Source: Cyanophora paradoxa CCMP329
Taxonomy: Eukaryota; Plantae; Glaucophyta
Assembly (NCBI GenBank): GCA_004431415.1
Contig: QPMI01000515.1
Coordinates: forward strand, 223,195-287,194
DNA length: 64,000 nucleotides
Reading direction: 5' to 3'
The position numbers and the translations under genes are program-made. The notes beneath the pieces were generated by a model. That model was not told the origin of the DNA and did not search any database. It was given only the letters and a program-made list of their open reading frames with translations. This document shows positions 12,101 to 23,700 of this stretch, piece by piece (within the stretch, counting starts at the first letter, position 1; each line of letters opens with the position of its first letter).

Positions 12101-15100
12101 TCTGCACATCATCTACACGTTCCAGCTGGACTGGTGGCTGGTGGCCGTGGCGCACGCCGTCTGCCTGGGCGTCAAGGTCGGACCCGCGTCTCGTCTTCGC
12201 CGTCGATCTCTGTTTGAATCCTCTGAGCGTTGTCCTCCGCGCGCAGTTTCTGGGGTGGCTCGTCTTCCAGCCCCCGCTTGGGAACCTCAAGTGGACCGTT
12301 CTACGAATGGACTCCAAGGTCCGAATGGACTCCTCCGATCGGCCCCGCGCCCGATCCGTCCTGTCTCCCTCAGCACCCGTCCCGCCCCGCCCAGATCCGA
12401 TCGCTGGACGGAGAAACCGCCCGCCGCGTCTTCGTCCGCACGGTGCGCCCCGCGCCGCTCGCTGCGCGCCGCCGCCGTCGGGCGGGCGGACGTGACGACG
12501 TTGACCGAGCCCGCCCCGTCAGATGGCGTGGGCCGTCGCGACCGGCACGGCCGTCATCATGGACCAGTACCTCATCTTCGACCGTGTCAAGGTTCGCTCG
12601 TTTGCCTAGCGTTCGTTCGTTCGCTCGAACGCGCGCGCGTCTGACCGGCCCGGCCCGCCCCGCCTCGCAGATGTCGACGCTGTTCCAGATCGGGTGCGCG
12701 GAGCCGTACGGCAACACCATCGACGTGCTCCCGAACCTGGTGCGCGAGGGCGCGGCATTCCTGGCGCCGGCGCTGACTCCGGCCGCTCGCGCGCTTCGTT
12801 TGCTTCGTTCGCAGTGCCCGGACGTGCTCGAGAACTCGGTTGTGAAGGAGCTCGACGCGGCGTTCAAGGCCCGAGACGTGGCGGAGGTGCGCGAGCGCGC
12901 CCCGATCGGATCGAACCCGAGCGGGCCCGCCGCTCGCTTAACTTGGCGCAGCCCAACTCGCGGGCGTACGAGGCGGCGGTGGCCGACGTGATCCGGCTCC
13001 TCCAGTTCGTGCAGCCGCAGCTCTACTGCCCCTTCAACGACATCAACTGCCCCGTCGTCGGCCTCTTCCAAGTCTGCCAGGTCCGCTTCCCTCTTCCTTT
13101 GTATTTTTGAACGGGATTGGGCGTGCTATTTATAGATTATAACCTTCCCGGCAGGTGTGGAAGGGCGAGCCGAGCCGGCGGTACCTCCTGACCCTCTTCA
13201 ACGACCTCTGCATCACCGTCAACGGGTTCAACTCCGAGAAAGTCCCGTTGCTGGCCGCTTTCCTGACCTTGTGCGCTACGCCTACGCCTTCTTCTCTCTT
13301 CCTCCCTTGCCTCTGCTGATGAGCGCCGGCGCGGGCGCCGCAGCGTCTGGCTCCCCGAGCTCATCCGCTTCACGGTCTCCTCGATGGCCGTCTACAATTT
13401 CGTGATCAACATGCTCTCCTGGCTCTACGGCGCCATCGAGGGCTACTCGTCGCTCACATCGTACACGGACGCCCGCCGCTACTTTCTCCTCGCCAAGCAG
13501 CGCTTCAAGGACCGGCTCTGCCCTGAGTACCGATGGGAGAAGAACCCGGCCAACGGCCGCCCCGAGCGCGTCGTCCTCCTCGACCGCGACAAGGAGGCGT
13601 ACTGGCGCCGGGTGCGCGCTTCCCTTCCGCCCCGCCCCGTTCTTCTCATGCCAAGCTGATTCTTCCTGTCGATCGTCCACAGTCGTGGGACCTGTTCGTC
13701 GACAACCTGCAGCAGCGAATGCTGCTGACTGAGAAGGAGGCCGGAAAGCTGAAGCCGTGGCGCTACAAGAAGGGCATAGGCGTCGACGAGATGCCCGAGG
13801 AGGCGCCGGCCAGCGGCGAGGCCGTCCGCCGCATCTGCTCGTACCTCTCGGGCCTGCGGATGGACCTGCCCCGCGTCTGCCCCTTCGAGCGGCAGAAGTC
13901 GCTCACGGTCCTCATCCCCGCCGGCGAGGAGTTCGTTATGTACCAGACGAGGGACCTGCTGCAGGCCGACTCGTCGGGCATCTCCTGCCTTGAGCACATC
14001 GTCCACAAGCGGCCCATCGAGTGGAAGGCCTTCCTGAAGGACAAGGCCGCCACCGCCGTGACGGCCGAGCACCGCCTCATCCTCAAGCAGCTCGGCGAGG
14101 TGCTGGACTCGAACCTGCAGGGCGACCTGCTCGTTCTCTGGGAGCGCGTCCCGCAGCCGATCCGCGAGAACATCCGGCTGTGGGCGTCGCTGCAGTACCA
14201 GCCGGTCGCGCGCACCGTCTACGGCGTGATGACGTACATCGAGGCGTACGGCGTCATGTGCTCGGCGCAGCACCCGACGTGGGACGAGGCGGACGTGGAC
14301 GCGGTGGTCTCCTCCAAGCTGCAGATCATCCTCGCGTACCAGAACTTCCAGTCGGCGAAGGAGTCCCACTACAAGTTCGAGGCCGCCAAGCAGTCCGGCA
14401 CCATCGAAGACCTCGAGGAGCACGGTACTAAGATACTTTGTAGAAGAACACAGCTTGGTTTCCTCACCATGTTATCGCGCCGCGGCAGAGCTGGTGCGCC
14501 TTGAGGAGATGTCGCAGAAGTACAAGGACCTCTGCTTCATGATGACCGAGTTCCCCGCCCTCCGCATCGTCTTCATCGAGAAGAAGGTCCGTTTTTGACG
14601 CAGTTGTTTACGTCTTAGTGGTTTTAACGTTCCGCTAGGGCAACACCTTCTGGTCGGTGATGATCGGGCACAAGAGCTGCCTGGGCGACGACGGCGAAAT
14701 CGTGGCGCCCAAGACGCCGCGGGCCGGCGCCGGGGGCAAGAAGAAGTCGCTCTTCTCCTCCAACCGAGACGAGGAGGACGCCTTCCCCGACATCGTCGAG
14801 CTCGGCCGCCTCAAGGTGCTTCAATGTTTCTTTCTTCTTATACGTCCTCCGTCATAAACAGCAAATGATGTCTGACGCCGGTTTTCGGTCCCGCGCGGCA
14901 GCTGCCCGGGGAGGTGCTGCTGATGTACCCGAAGGGCGAGAACCAGAACCACACGCTCTCGTTCTGCATGGACCAGGTCATCCAGACGCTCGACTCGAAC
15001 CAGGACTGGTACGTCGAGGAGTCCTTCAAGACCCCCGCCGCCCTCCAGCACTTCAACGACCCCCGCTGCCGGGTGCGACGGCGCCGAACGCCGTCGATCT

Positions 15101-18100
15101 CGACGCTTCTTTCGCCGTTCTTGACGCGTTTCTCGGCGTCAGATGATCGGTTTCCCGGAGTTCGTCTTCACAGAGTCGTGGAACATCGTGGGGATCATGT
15201 CGGGCCTGCAGGAGCGCATGTTCAACACGCTCACGCAGCGCGGCTATGCCTTCCTCGACATCCGCAACCACTACGGCCACCCCGACTTCCACGACGCGTA
15301 CTTCATCCGCCAGTTCGGCGGCCTCTCCCACACGCACTACGTGTCCGAGGACATCTTCCAGGGCTACAACGTCAACCTGCACGGCCAGCGGATCGTGCAG
15401 GTCGACTTCATGGAGGGCGGCAAGGCCCGCGACTGCTCCATGCTCGCCACGACCAAGTTCCAGAGCAAGATCTCGCAGGGCGCGGCGCAGATGGGCCTCT
15501 CGCGCGAGTACGCGTACATGCTCAACGCCCGCAACATCGGGCCCATCAAGCGCAGCCTGCTCTACAACACGACGATCGGCCCGTTCCTCGGGTCGGGCCT
15601 CGTCGTCAAGCTGGCCGTCTTCGCCCTTTCGCTCTGCCACTTCGGCATGTGGCTCATGCGCGAGCACGTGACGGAGGCAGACGTTGCCGTCTTCCTCCCC
15701 TTCCCGTGGACGTGGCAGCTCGGCTGGTTCCTCCAGATGGGCCTCGTCGAGCTCCCGCCCTTCTTCCTCGAGATGATCCAGCAGCGGGGCTTCTTCAGGG
15801 GCATCTGGGAGGGCGTCAACTCGCTCGTCCCGCTCGGCTTCTACTCGGTCTTCCACCACATCACGAAGGCGTCGGGCTTCCTCGCCGGCCTCAAGTCCAA
15901 CGCGGCGTACATCCCCTCCGGCCGCGGCTTCGGCCTCACCCACGAGAACCTCAACACCCTCGTGCGTCGTCGCCCTCGCTTTTCTCTCTCTTCTTCGCTC
16001 ACTCTTCTTCTTCCTCTCAGCTTGACGCCTTTTGGGACTCGCACTTCCGCTACGCCTTCCTCCTCTTCGCCTTCACGTTCATCTCCTCCGTCAACGAGAA
16101 CCCCGACGCCGCCCTCCGGTGCCGCCCTTCCTCCCCAGAGCTTAGGGGTTCTTTGGCGCCGGGGAGCTGAGGCCCGCCGTAATCTTAATCTTAAGCTTAA
16201 GCTTAGCCGCCCGCCCTCAGTCTTGAGCTTGAGCCTGGGCCTGACGTCCGCCGCCTCGTCCGCAGCGGGGGCCTCCTGGGCGCCTTCTTCGTGTTCGCCT
16301 CGTGCTTCATCGTGGTCTTCCTCTTCAACCCGGGCTGCTTCCCCTTCGGCGGCTTCTCCATCACCAACGTCCGCGCCATGCACCGCGTCGACATGAAGTC
16401 CTTCTTCGAGAACAAGGTCCTTACTTCCCTTCTTTTCTTGGGATCTTTAGGTCTTGTAGCCTTTAATTTAACTATGATAAGCGTTTTCTGAGGACAAGGT
16501 CCGCCGCCGCCGTCCAACCTTTCTCTCCTTTGTTCCTTGATCTTTTTAGATCTTGTAGCCGTCAGCCAACTAATAGGCTTTCCTCCACCGTTAGGCCCAC
16601 CCCATTTCGGCCCGCCCACTCAGCCGTTAGTCAGCTATAATAAGCTTTCCTACTTTCCTACTGCGCGTTTCCACCGGGTCTCGCTCGCCGCTCACCTCGG
16701 GTCTCCCCTCCCCCGCCGCGCGGCAGCTGGTGCCGCCGGCGTTCAAGTTCACGCGGGCGTACATGGGCGCGCACATCACCGCCTGGTCCTCCTTCGTCTT
16801 CAACCTCTCCCGCGTCCTCCACGGTGAGCGAGCGAATAGTAGAAAAGAACCGCTTACATAGAACGGTCATAGTGAATATATAAAAAGAATGGATCATAGT
16901 GATATAGTATATAAAAGAATGGATCATAGTGATTAACTGTTAAAGAACCTCTCCCGCGTCCTCCACGGTGAACTCCGCCGTCGAAAGACACGCTAGAGAT
17001 TCGCGCATCAAAGCACAAGAAGACTCGCATTACGCACGAGCGACTTACATGACACCGCCTCCCTCCCTCCCTCCCCCGCAGTTCTCTTCTTCTACGTGGA
17101 CAAGTCGCTGCGGATCATCGTCGGGGCGGCCGCCGCCTTCGTGCAGCGCCTACTCTCCGAGATCTTCCACCTCGTCCTCCTCTACCATCCCACCGGTGCG
17201 CTTCCGCGCCGCGCCAAAAGAAAGCGAGAGCATAGGAGACGCCCGTTCCCGCGGCCTCTTCGGGCCTTCGGCTAGAAAGACTACACGGCTAGAAAGACTA
17301 CGGCAGTTAGTTAGTTGGTTAGTTGGATAGGTTCGGGGGTTCCTCGCTCGCTCACGCCGGTCGCTCACGTCGGTCGCTCACGCTAGCTATCTAGCTAGCG
17401 CCCCCGCGACGCCACGCCCGCGAGGGACCTAGATCCCTCGCTTCCATCCAAGGGCTTCTTCCTCGGTCCATCCATCCCGCGGCTTGGGGGTTACTATCGC
17501 TAGACGGTCCACTTCGTCAGTCAGTTAGTTAGTTCGGCGAGTTGGCGACCGCGCGCGCGACGGGCTTCGGCGTCGGTCGCTCACTTCTTCCCACACGAGA
17601 AACGCCCGCCCGTTCCCACGGCCTCTTAAGCTTTTGGCCCTCGAATCCGGCTAGAAAGCGATCGAGCGATCGGCTTCTTCGTCTCTCACGTCGGTCGCTT
17701 CGCAGGCCCCGGGTCGACGGCGTACGTGGTCGCCGAGATGGGCTTCCCCAAGATGTGCGAGCGCACCGGCTCCCTCATGAAGGACCTCGCCCACATCAAG
17801 GACGAGATGGGCAAGGTGCTGAAGCGAAGCGCGAAGCGCGAAGCGATAGATGCCTGTGTTAACCAGAAACGCGGCCTATGAACTTTACCTAAATAGCTAT
17901 AAACAAGGACGAGATTGCGGGCGTCGTTCCCCGAGGCCCCCCATCTCTGACGCTGACACCCGCACCCGCGCGCACCCGCAGCTGACGGCCTACTCGACGA
18001 TGGACATCCGCGTCGACAACATCGAGCGCAAGCTGACGCGCGTCGAGCGGGTCGTGCAGGTGAGAAGAGAGCAATCCACCCGCCTTGTGCTCCGACCTGA

Positions 18101-20234
18101 ACTCAGCGCAGGGCCTGGAGGGCCTGTCCAAGAGCCCGAGCCTGCGGACCTCGCTGGGCGCGAGAAAGGCCAGCCGCGCCACCATCGCCTCGGTCCGTGC
18201 CTGCCCGTCTTCTTCTCTCTGTCCGGGACGGCTGCCTGGCTGGCTGGCTACCTGGCTGGCTGGCTGGCTGGCTAGAGGAGGGGGCGCCTCCCGCCTTCCT
18301 TCCTTTCGCCTTCCACTGCGTTTCTTCTTTCTCACCCACGAACTCGTCAGGCCTCGGCGGTGTCGCTGCTCTCGATGCCGGCCTCGCACTCGAACGGGCG
18401 CGCGGGGCCGGGGGCCTGGGAGCGCTTCAAGAGGGACCGAAAGGCATCCGGGGGCAGCGGCGTCTGGGAGGAGCTGCCGCCGTCGGCCGCGTCGGCGATG
18501 TCGGCCGCGTCGGCGGCGCCGCCGCCCAAGCGCCCCTTGTCGCTCCGGTTCGGGGACGAGGAGGAGCGCGGCAGGGGCGAGCCCTCTGGCGGGGCCGGAG
18601 GCCTCCGCAGCAAGTCGACGCCGGAGCTGGCGCTCGGGGCCGGGGCGGGGGCGGGTGCGGGCCACGATAGTTTCGGCCCCCTGCTCCACCGCATCGCCGA
18701 GAGCGAGCACGGCGGCGGCGGCGGCAGCGACGCGCCGGTCCGCTCCTTCATTTATACTAACGAACTTCTTACTAATCTTATAACTTCTAACTTCAAAACA
18801 GGTTGGCGACCGCGACCACGACCACGTCGCGGCATCCTTCGACGACTTCCTCAAGAACCTGCGGGCCCGGCGGGCGCGGAGCCAGCCGCTGGAGGCCCTC
18901 CGCTCCTCGAGCAACAGCCTCTCGCTGGACGCGGCCGCGTCGCCCCGGTCGCGGGCGCGGGCGCGCTGGCGCATGCTGGCCGTGGCCGTCGCCGGGCACA
19001 CGCACGACGCCCAGGTGCCTTCCTTCGCCCCTCGCCTCGCCCCTCGCCCTCGCCTCGCCCGCGCCGGCTTTGTTAGTGCCCGTCCTCTCTTGCGAGCCTC
19101 GTCTGACGCGCGCCCCGCCCCGCCCCGCCCCGCCCCGCCCCGCCTCGTCGCAGCTGGGCCTGCGCCGCCGCCGCAAGTTCTCCTTCGCGGACATCGCAAA
19201 GGTCCGCTCGGATCAGATTTGATCCGCTCAGATCTGATCTGATCTGATCTGATCCGATCCGATCTGATCCGTCCCGTCTATGACAGGCGGTGGTCATGAA
19301 GAAGAACTTTGCGAAGCGGTCGGCCGGCCGCTCCCTCGCCGCCGATACCGCCAAGGTCCGCTCAGATCAGATCTGATCTGATCTGATCTGGACCGATCTG
19401 ATCTGACTTCGGGCGTAGGACGCCGGCGCCCGCAACCGCGCCAAGGACGCCGCCCGCGGCATGATCAAGCGCCAGATCCGCTCCCAGGTCCGCTCAGACG
19501 CTCAGATCTGATCTGATCTGATCTGATCTGATCTGATCTGAGCGTACTTCTTCCCCGTCGTACAGGCGCGCCAGATCCGCGCGGGGCAGACGCTCAACGC
19601 GACGGCCGTCGATCGCGACGGCGGCGCGAGCGAGACGCACTCGGTCCGGTCCATCGGCATCCGCTCGGACGGCGCGGCGCTGGCCGCAACCCGCGAGCGG
19701 GAGCGCGAGCGGGAGCGCGAGCGTGAGAGCGGCGGCGCCGGCGCCGGGGCTGGCATGGGAACCCTCTCCACCCATGGCCTGGGCCTCCCCTCGACGTCCT
19801 TCTCCGCCTCTTCAATCGGCCCGGCGCCGCCGGAGGGCCCCACCGGCGGCCGCCTCTCGGTCAACGCGGGGCGCTCGGGCCGCAGCGGCGCCTCCCGCGC
19901 CTCTCGCTCCTCCTCGTTCCTCGGTACCCTCGGCGCGCTCTTCGGGAGGGGTACAGGCGCAGGCGAGGCGAGCGACGCCGCGGCGGCGGCTGCGGCCGCC
20001 GCCTCGGCCACAGTGGCCGCCCTCCCGCCGCGGCCGCCTGCCAGCATCACCTTCGGGCGCCGCGCCGAGCCCGCCGCCGCCCCCGCCGCTTCCGCCGCCG
20101 GCGCCGCCACGACTCAAGACGTGCTCTCAGATTCTGGCGCCGGCGCCACTGCGGCGCCGGCGGCCGGGGAGGGCGCCCGCTCTTCCACCGGGAGCGCCAG
20201 CAACGGGCCCCGGGACGCCGCCTCCCTCCTGTAA
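9133..20234 (+). CDS. 1,3-beta-glucan (callose) synthase, GT48/FKS family, many introns (start tentative)
   Basis: Family motifs in order: EAVRRICSYLSGLRMDLP, SLTVLIP, IRLWASLQYQPVARTVYGVMTY, RLKLPG..KGENQNH, QTLDSNQDWYVEESFK, HYGHPD, VSEDIFQG, GKARD, KISQGAAQMGLSRE, AAYIPSGRGF, followed by multiple hydrophobic exons. Confidence 0.93.
19202..19540 (+). repeat. (GATCT)n microsatellites in three consecutive introns
   Basis: Introns starting at ~19202, ~19356 and ~19488 each begin GTCCGCTC(A/G)GA and continue into GATCT runs. Confidence 0.9.
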
Positions 20235-20731
20235 ACTCCCAAGACATATTGATGATTGCATCGCAGCTGCAGTTCCCTATTTATGTCTCTCCATGTTAGC
20301 CAGCCACAGGCAGCGATCTAGGCTAGTCAGCCGGCTGCAGTTAGGCGAGTCAGCTAGATAGCGTGAGCCAACCAGGACAGTCAGCCAAGGTAGGCACGCT
20401 GCACAGCCCTTTAGCTTACGCGTCGTACTACGTTTCTCTGCATCCAGTTTCCCTTTTCGCCAGTTTCATGTTCTGTACATTCTCGAGCTCTCTCGTTTTT
20501 AAGTAAGGCGCCGATAATTGAATTTCAAACTGTACTTCAGAAATACGATGCCATCTACGAGCTTGCCGAGAGCTAGTCTGGGCTCTTACATGCGATGCTT
20601 CATTTATACTGCAGAATCCAAAAGACGGATGACATAAAAGACGCGATCGATATCGATATCCTTACATCCTTACATTTCGCGATCGATATCGATATCGATC
20701 CCCCAGACCGCGGGGGGGTGCAGCCTCCAGG

Positions 20732-23700
20732 CTACAGGGAGGGCCCGTTGCGGAGGATGTGCCTCATGAACTTGATGAAGCGCGCCTGCGTGCGGGGTCG
20801 GCGTCAGCCTCAGCCTCAGCCTTCTCCTCAGATGCGGGGCCCCTTCTTGAACAGCGAGCGGAGCCCGGCCCTCCCTCCCTTCCGCGTTCTATCGAGCCCG
20901 AGAGGTAGCCCTCTAATCCCTCGGGCTCCCGTCTACCCCCGGCGCCTCGTTCGTCCGCCCCCGCACTCGCCTGGTACTGCTTCGGGGGTACCGCCGAGAT
21001 CGTCCCCTCGTCCGCCACGAACCCCTGCGGACGGCCGGCCCTCAGGCGGGGTACAGGATTGACGGAAAAAAGGAGCGGAGGGGGGTACCTTGAAGAAGTT
21101 CTCGAGGTCCTTGGCGAAGGACCACTCGGTGAGGTAGTCTGCGGGCGGGCGGGCGTCGTCACACACGCACCCGAAAAGAACAACAACAACAACAACAGCA
21201 ATCACTGTTCTAAAACTTTCCAAGTGTCTCTCTTTCGTTCTCTCCTGTTTATGTTTATCTGTTAACGTGTTCTTCCTCACCGATGAGGCCGATGTAGTAG
21301 GCCGTGGAGCGGTCCGAGGAGACGATGGTGCCCGGGGTGAGCACCGTCCCCTCCCGCACCTTGTGCACGCCCTGCGGTGAGGGGGGGGGGGGGGCAGGGC
21401 CGCCGCGGCGTGAGACGCCTGGCGGGGTACAGGACGGAAGATGGACGGGGAGATTAGGGGGTGCTGTGAAACGAGGAGTGCTACAAAAACATCCTATAAA
21501 ACATTCTTCTCAGAGGGCGCCAAACGCCCCGGGGCGACTCGGCATTCGAGCTCGAAAGCACTCATTCGGGGCGGGCGGGCCGGACGACGAGGGGGTAGAT
21601 AGATATGATAGATAATAGAAGAAGATACTATGACAGATAAAAGATCGCGAGGGGCCATAATGCTATGATGTTTAATGCGGCGGGCGCACGACAAGGAGGG
21701 GGTAGTCCATAAGGTCGAAGGCGGAAAAGGAAAGACGAAATTCGAAGGCTTAAAGATCCTAAGAAAGAAAGAACGAAATTCTATCGCCAAAGATCCTAAG
21801 AAAGAAAGAAGAGCGGAACTCTAAGATATCCCAAGGGGCCAAGGGGCGGGAAGCTTAAGCTTAAGGGGGCGGGCGGGGCGGACGACGAGGAGGGAGTAGT
21901 CCATGAGGTCGAAGGCGGCGAGTAGGGCGCTGTCCCGCTCCAGCATCACGAGGAGCTTCTCCGCCGCGGCGCCCACGTCGAACGGCTGCGGGAAGCGAGG
22001 GGAGAGGGGTGAGGCAGGCGAGGGAGGGGGCGGCGAGAAGAGCGGGCGATGCAGCGGATTTCTTCCGACGAAAAGGTGCTGGCGGCGGCTCCGGGCTCCT
22101 ACTACTACCGCTTCTCCTAGGACCGGACTGCAGCCCTACTCTCCCGGGCTACTGCTGCTACTAGTAGCACTCCTAGAGCCTAGAGCCTGCGGGGGGCGGG
22201 TGGGGGCGCCTGGGCTGCTGCTGCTCGGCGAGGCGAGGCGAGGCGGACCTTCTTGACGTTGAGGTCCTTGTGGATGAAGGCGTCCTCCGCCGCCAGCCGC
22301 TCGTGCGTCGACCCCTAAGGGGGGGGGGGGGGGGGGGGGGGGGGGGGTGAGAGTGGGGAGGGCGGGGGAGGGGGAGCGAGGGGCCCGTCTAGCCGACGGG
22401 CGGGGCGGAGGGCGGGGGAAGGGCGGAGGGACGTCCCCCCGTCTAGCCGTCTAGCCGTCCGGGGACGGGCATCTAGTCGTCTGACTCTCTGCGGGCGGGA
22501 GGCTGGGGGGGCAGGGGGCCCGCGCGTGCCTTGAGGTCGTAAAGGCGCTGGAGCTCGTTGGGCGTGTCCAGCACGTTCGCCACCTGCGAGGAGAGGCGCG
22601 CGTGAGGCGCGGGCGGAGGAGGAGTGGACCGGTTCGCGTTCTTGGGGGGCGGGGGCGCGGGGGGGTACAGGCGCACGACGACGAAGGGGATGCCGTTGAT
22701 CTTGTGCAGGCCGTAGATCTGGGGGGACAGGGGGCGCGCATCAGCGTCGGCGAGGGCGCCCCCTCTGTTCGCGCGGAGGAGGCGACGGGGGAAGCGAGCC
22801 CGGGGTACCCTCCTTTCTATTCTGGGGCGCCAGAGGGCGCCCCCTCCGTCCGCTCGCGCGGAGGGGAGCGAGTCGGGGGGCGAGTCCCCTCCTATTCGAG
22901 TACCCTCTTTTCCTATTCTAGGGCCGGCGGGGCAGGGCGGGGCGGGGCGGGCGCGCATCAGCGTCGGCGGGGGCGGGGGCGTCCCGAGGCAAGAGAGTCA
23001 GGGGCACCCTCCTCTCTAGTCTAGGGCGGGGCGGGGCGGGGCGGGACGGGGCGGGGCGGGGGCACCCGCATGAGCATGGTCTCGCGCCCGTGCTTCTCGA
23101 TGTGCCCGTACAGCGCCGGCAGCAGCTGCGCGGAAGGGGGAGCGTCAGGGAGGAGGGGGGGAAGGAAGCGGGATGGGTACGGGGCGGGCATGCCTTGAGG
23201 AGGGGCTTGAACTCGCGCATGGGGATCGTCTTCGCCATGTACTGCGCGGGGCGGGCAAGCCGCTCAGCCCGGCGGGGCCGGCCCTGGCCGGCGGCGAAGG
23301 GGGAGAAAGGGGGGGGGGGGTACCGCACCCGGCCGTCCGGGGTGTGGAAGAAGAGGGAGCCGGACTTGCCCGCCGACACCTGCCGGCCAACCGTCCGTCC
23401 GTGAGACGGGCGGCGCGGGGGGCGCCAGGCCAGGTTCGCTTGCTCGCTCGCTCGCGAGGGGCCCCTCGAGCAGCCGACCGGCCCCCACTCCCCGCCCCCC
23501 CAGCGAAGAAGCTGGCGGCGTGCCCTCCCCCAGCACCACCGCCGAGGGAGGCCCCGCCCACCCCCGCCCAGCCCCATCGGATCGGACCTGGGCGGTGAGG
23601 GAGGCGAGGTCGCCGAGCAGCAGCCGCGCGAAGAGCTGCCCCCGGAGGCTTAGTCCGAGGAGAGGGGGGGGGAGGTGGGGGGAAGGGGGAGGGGAGGGGC

